NCBI GenBank assembly: GCA_902518955.1
Contig: CABYIR010000002.1
Span: forward strand, 48,891-112,890
Source of the DNA: an uncultured Pelagibacteraceae bacterium
Lineage (GTDB): Bacteria > Pseudomonadota > Alphaproteobacteria > Pelagibacterales > AG-422-B15
Length of the DNA stretch: 64,000 bases
Reading direction: 5' to 3'
Shown here: one piece after another, positions 60,664 to 64,000 of the stretch
How positions within the stretch are numbered: the stretch's first letter is position 1
Layout of the letters: every line of letters starts with the position of its first letter
Notes under the pieces: model-generated
The model's database searches: none
Told to the model about the DNA's origin: nothing
Seen by the model: only the letters and a program-made list of their open reading frames with translations
Program-made: the position numbers and the translations under genes

Positions 60664-62457
60664 ATGCTTAAAAAAATTTTTATTCTTACGTCATTTTTTT
60701 TACTTCAGATAATTTTTTCGAATGCTGACCAGCTATCTGATAAAGCTATACCTGAGTCATTTATGTCTTTATCTGTTGAAAAACTCTCACCCGAAGTCAC
60801 AAAATCATTAGATAACAAATTAAAAGGTAAAATGGTGACTGCAGAAAATTGGATGATAGTTACTGCAAATCCTTATGCTTCTCTTGCAGGTGCAGAGATA
60901 TTGGAAAAAGGTGGATCAGCTGCTGATGCGATGGTTGCTGCTCAAGTTGTACTGGGTTTAGTTGAGCCTGAGTCATCGGGTCTTGGTGGAGGAGCATTCT
61001 TATTATATTATGACAATAATAAAAATATTATTACAACACTTGATGGAAGAGAAACAGCTCCTCTAAAAGCATTATCATCAAGGTTTCAAAAAGAAAATGG
61101 GCAACCAATGAAATTCTTTGATGCTGTAGTCGGGGGTCTTTCTGTTGGTACTCCTGGAGTACCTGCATTACTTTTTGAAGCTCATAAAAAATGGGGTTTA
61201 ATAAAATGGAATAAGTTATTTGATAATGGAATCTATTTAAGTGAGAATGGTTTTTCAGTATCTAAAAAACTATCAGAGTCGATAAAGAGAGATAAGCAGA
61301 GACTGTATAGTTTCAAACAAACTAAGGATTATTTTTTTCCAAATGGATTAGCGTTAGCACACCAAGATATAATAAAAAATGAACATTATGCTTCAACATT
61401 AAAATTAATTTCTAACTCTGGTATTAAAGAATTTTATGAAGGAAAAATTGCTAAAGATATTTTAAATACTTTAAAAAAATCAAATAGTGAAAAACAATTA
61501 TTAGAAGAAAAAGATTTAAAAAATTATAAAATTATTGAAAGAGCGCCTGTATGCATAAATTATAAAATTTATGATGTATGTGGAATGGGACCACCTTCAT
61601 CTGGAGGTATAGCAGTTGCTCAAATTCTTGGAATTTTAGAAAATTATGATTTAAAATCATTAGGTTACTCAAATCCTAAAACATGGCAAATTATTGGAGA
61701 TGCTACAAGACTAGCATTTGCGGATAGGGGGCTTTATGTAGCTGATAGTGACTACGTGTTTGTTCCAACAGAAGCTTTAATAGATAAAAAATACTTAGCA
61801 ACCAGAGCTGATAAAATTAAGCCAGGTGAAAGAACATTAGATGTAAAACCTGGAGATCCACTGCAAAATCAAACTCTAAACTATTCAAAGAATTTTTCAA
61901 TTGAACGACCTTCTACAACTCATATTTCGATTGTTGATCAATATGGAAATGCATTATCCATGACATCGTCAATAGAGAATGCATTTGGATCAAGACTTAT
62001 GACCCAAGGGGGCTTTTTACTGAATAACCAATTAACTGATTTTTCATTTAAAGATGAAGTAGACGGCAAACTAATTGCAAATAGAGTACAGCCAGGCAAA
62101 AGACCAAGATCTTCTATGTCTCCAACAATTATACTTAAAGATGGTTATCCAATACTTGTAACTGGATCACCGGGGGGCAGCAATATAATTAGCTTTGTTA
62201 CTAACTCTATAATTGCATTCTTAGAATGGGATTTAGATATTCAACAAAGTGTATCCTTGCCTCATGCAATAAATAAATGGGGCAAATATGAAATAGAAGA
62301 GTCTCTTAATGTCACCAATTTAAAGCATTCACTTGAATTAATGGGATATGAAACAAAGTATAGAAAATATTTTTCAGGTCTAAACGCAATTTATATTGGT
62401 GAAATGCTAGAAGGTGGAACTGATCCTCGTCGTGAAGGTATTGTGCTAGGTAATTAG
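60664..62457 (+). CDS. ggt: Gamma-glutamyltransferase (secreted)
   Basis: Signal peptide, SGLGGG.F, DGRETAP, catalytic TTHIS, PGKRPRSSMSPT. Confidence 0.94.
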   Translation: MLKKIFILTSFFLLQIIFSNADQLSDKAIPESFMSLSVEKLSPEVTKSLDNKLKGKMVTAENWMIVTANPYASLAGAEILEKGGSAADAMVAAQVVLGLVEPESSGLGGGAFLLYYDNNKNIITTLDGRETAPLKALSSRFQKENGQPMKFFDAVVGGLSVGTPGVPALLFEAHKKWGLIKWNKLFDNGIYLSENGFSVSKKLSESIKRDKQRLYSFKQTKDYFFPNGLALAHQDIIKNEHYASTLKLISNSGIKEFYEGKIAKDILNTLKKSNSEKQLLEEKDLKNYKIIERAPVCINYKIYDVCGMGPPSSGGIAVAQILGILENYDLKSLGYSNPKTWQIIGDATRLAFADRGLYVADSDYVFVPTEALIDKKYLATRADKIKPGERTLDVKPGDPLQNQTLNYSKNFSIERPSTTHISIVDQYGNALSMTSSIENAFGSRLMTQGGFLLNNQLTDFSFKDEVDGKLIANRVQPGKRPRSSMSPTIILKDGYPILVTGSPGGSNIISFVTNSIIAFLEWDLDIQQSVSLPHAINKWGKYEIEESLNVTNLKHSLELMGYETKYRKYFSGLNAIYIGEMLEGGTDPRREGIVLGN

Positions 62458-62462
62458 AATAA

Positions 62463-62552
62463 TGGCGGAAAGGATGGGATTCGAACCCACGATACGGTCA
62501 CCCGCATACACGCTTTCCAAGCGTGCGCCTTCAACCACTCGGCCACCTTTCC
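62463..62552 (-). tRNA. tRNA-Ser(GGA)
   Basis: Reverse complement GGAAAGG...CACGC-TTGGAAA-GCGTG, long variable arm, GGTTCGAATCC, CCTTTCC-GCCA. Confidence 0.97.
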
Positions 62553-64000
62553 TTATTCAACTTTCAACGCTGCAATAAACGCCTCTTGAGGAATATCTAC
62601 TTTGCCAAAAGTTCTTAATCTTTGCTTACCTTTTTTTTGTTTATCAAGAAGCTTTCTTTTTCTATCAGTTGCCCCACCGCCATGAATTTTTTCAATCACA
62701 TTTTTTCTATACCCACTAACAGTCTCTCTTGCGATAATTTTGCCGCCAATAGCAGCTTGAATAGGAATATGAAATTGATGTCTAGGAATAAGTTCTTTTA
62801 ATTTTTCACAAATAGCTCTTCCTTTCCTGGCAGAAAAATCTCTGTGAACAATCATTGATAAGGCATCGACTGGCTCTGCATTCACTAGAAGACTTAATTT
62901 TACAAGATCACTTTCTTTGTATTCATCTATTTCATAATCAAAACTTGCGTAACCACTTGAGATTGATTTTAATCGATCATAAAAATCAAATACTATTTCA
63001 TTTAAAGGCAATTGATAAATTAAGATGACTCTTGTTTCTGAATAATTTAATTCATATTGAATTCCTCTTTTATCTTCACATAATGAAATAATATTGCCTA
63101 CAAATTCATTTGGGCAAATTATAGTAGCTTTAATCCAAGGCTCAGAAATTGATCTTATAAGCGTTGTATCTGGCATATCAGCTGGATTATGCAGCTCAAT
63201 CATTTCGCCTTTATTCATTTCAATATTATAAATTACGCTTGGGGCTGTTGTAATAAGATCTATATCAAATTCACGATCTAATCTTTCAACTATTATTTCG
63301 AGATGCAATAAGCCAAGGAAACCACATCTAAAACCCATACCTAAAGCAGCTGATGTTTCCTGTTCAAAATGAAAACTAGAATCGTTAAGTCTTAGTTTCG
63401 CTAAAGCATCTTTTAAAAATTTAAAATCTGCTGCATTTGTGGGAAATAAACCACAAAATACAACTGGTTGACTGGGTTTAAACCCCGGTAATGGCAGTGT
63501 TTCCCTGTCATTAGCCATTATAATTGTATCACCCACCTTGGTCTGAGCTACTTCCTTTATTGCTGCAGTTATATATCCTAACTCACCAGTTTTAATTTCA
63601 TCAACAGAAGTCATTTTTGGATTAAATGTTCCGACTCTCTCAATTAGATGCTTTGAATTTGTTGCATGAAATTTTACTTCCATACCTTTCTTTATTGATC
63701 CATCAATCACCCTTACCAATATTACAACACCCAAGTAAGCATCGTACCAACTATCAACTAGCATGGCTTTCAATTTGTTATTAGGCTCACCCGTTGGAGG
63801 TGACAATTCTAAAACAACTGTTTCCAATACATCTTCAATGCCAATTCCTGATTTAGCAGATATTTCTAAAACTTTAGATGTATCAACGCCAAGAATTTCT
63901 TTGATTTGTGTTTTTACCCTTTCTGAATCAGCTGCAGGCAAGTCTATTTTATTTAAAACAGGTATAATTATATGATCATTATCAACAGCTTGATAAAGGT
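62553..64000 (-). CDS. lepA: Elongation factor 4 (5' part lies outside the window)
   Basis: [41 protein letters not shown]. Confidence 0.96.
   Translation of the reverse strand, partial: LYQAVDNDHIIIPVLNKIDLPAADSERVKTQIKEILGVDTSKVLEISAKSGIGIEDVLETVVLELSPPTGEPNNKLKAMLVDSWYDAYLGVVILVRVIDGSIKKGMEVKFHATNSKHLIERVGTFNPKMTSVDEIKTGELGYITAAIKEVAQTKVGDTIIMANDRETLPLPGFKPSQPVVFCGLFPTNAADFKFLKDALAKLRLNDSSFHFEQETSAALGMGFRCGFLGLLHLEIIVERLDREFDIDLITTAPSVIYNIEMNKGEMIELHNPADMPDTTLIRSISEPWIKATIICPNEFVGNIISLCEDKRGIQYELNYSETRVILIYQLPLNEIVFDFYDRLKSISSGYASFDYEIDEYKESDLVKLSLLVNAEPVDALSMIVHRDFSARKGRAICEKLKELIPRHQFHIPIQAAIGGKIIARETVSGYRKNVIEKIHGGGATDRKRKLLDKQKKGKQRLRTFGKVDIPQEAFIAALKVE

Noticed and set aside
17168..62552. 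The three tRNAs as integration sites
   Set aside because: No duplicated tRNA 3' ends or adjacent integrase were noticed.

Overview
A 64-kb stretch of core chromosome from a very AT-rich, streamlined alphaproteobacterium, with tiny or overlapping intergenic gaps. Gene content and an unusual LepA motif suggest a marine SAR11-like or HIMB59-like lineage, but that is inference only. About 65 CDSs and 3 tRNAs (Leu-CAA, Arg-CCT, Ser-GGA) were identified. I saw no CRISPR array, IS element, prophage or rRNA. The window holds most of an ethylmalonyl-CoA pathway (ccr, mcd, ecm, mcm, meaB, mcl) with etfAB and a cobalamin adenosyltransferase. It also holds amino-acid and cofactor biosynthesis genes (tyrC, lysA, argH, pabBC, aroKB, ispH, coq7), translation genes (thrS-infC-rpmI-rplT-pheS, rpmB, lepA), GOGAT (gltDB), a stand-alone PII gene, rpoH2 facing a photolyase, cobST and xerD. 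The most unusual items are: (1) a histone-H1-like Lys/Ala/Pro repeat protein converging on a CarD with a ~120-aa poly-Lys N-terminal arm; (2) a two-state alternative-pairing element in the PII leader; (3) a C-terminally truncated pheS joined to gltB with no pheT; (4) an AccA with a membrane tail anchor; (5) a ThrRS lacking the TGS domain; (6) a GC-rich 9-bp tandem repeat with G-quadruplex potential; and (7) features missed by the ORF track (an LptM-like lipoprotein and an ATA-initiated infC). All calls come from reading motifs by eye, and no database search was run.
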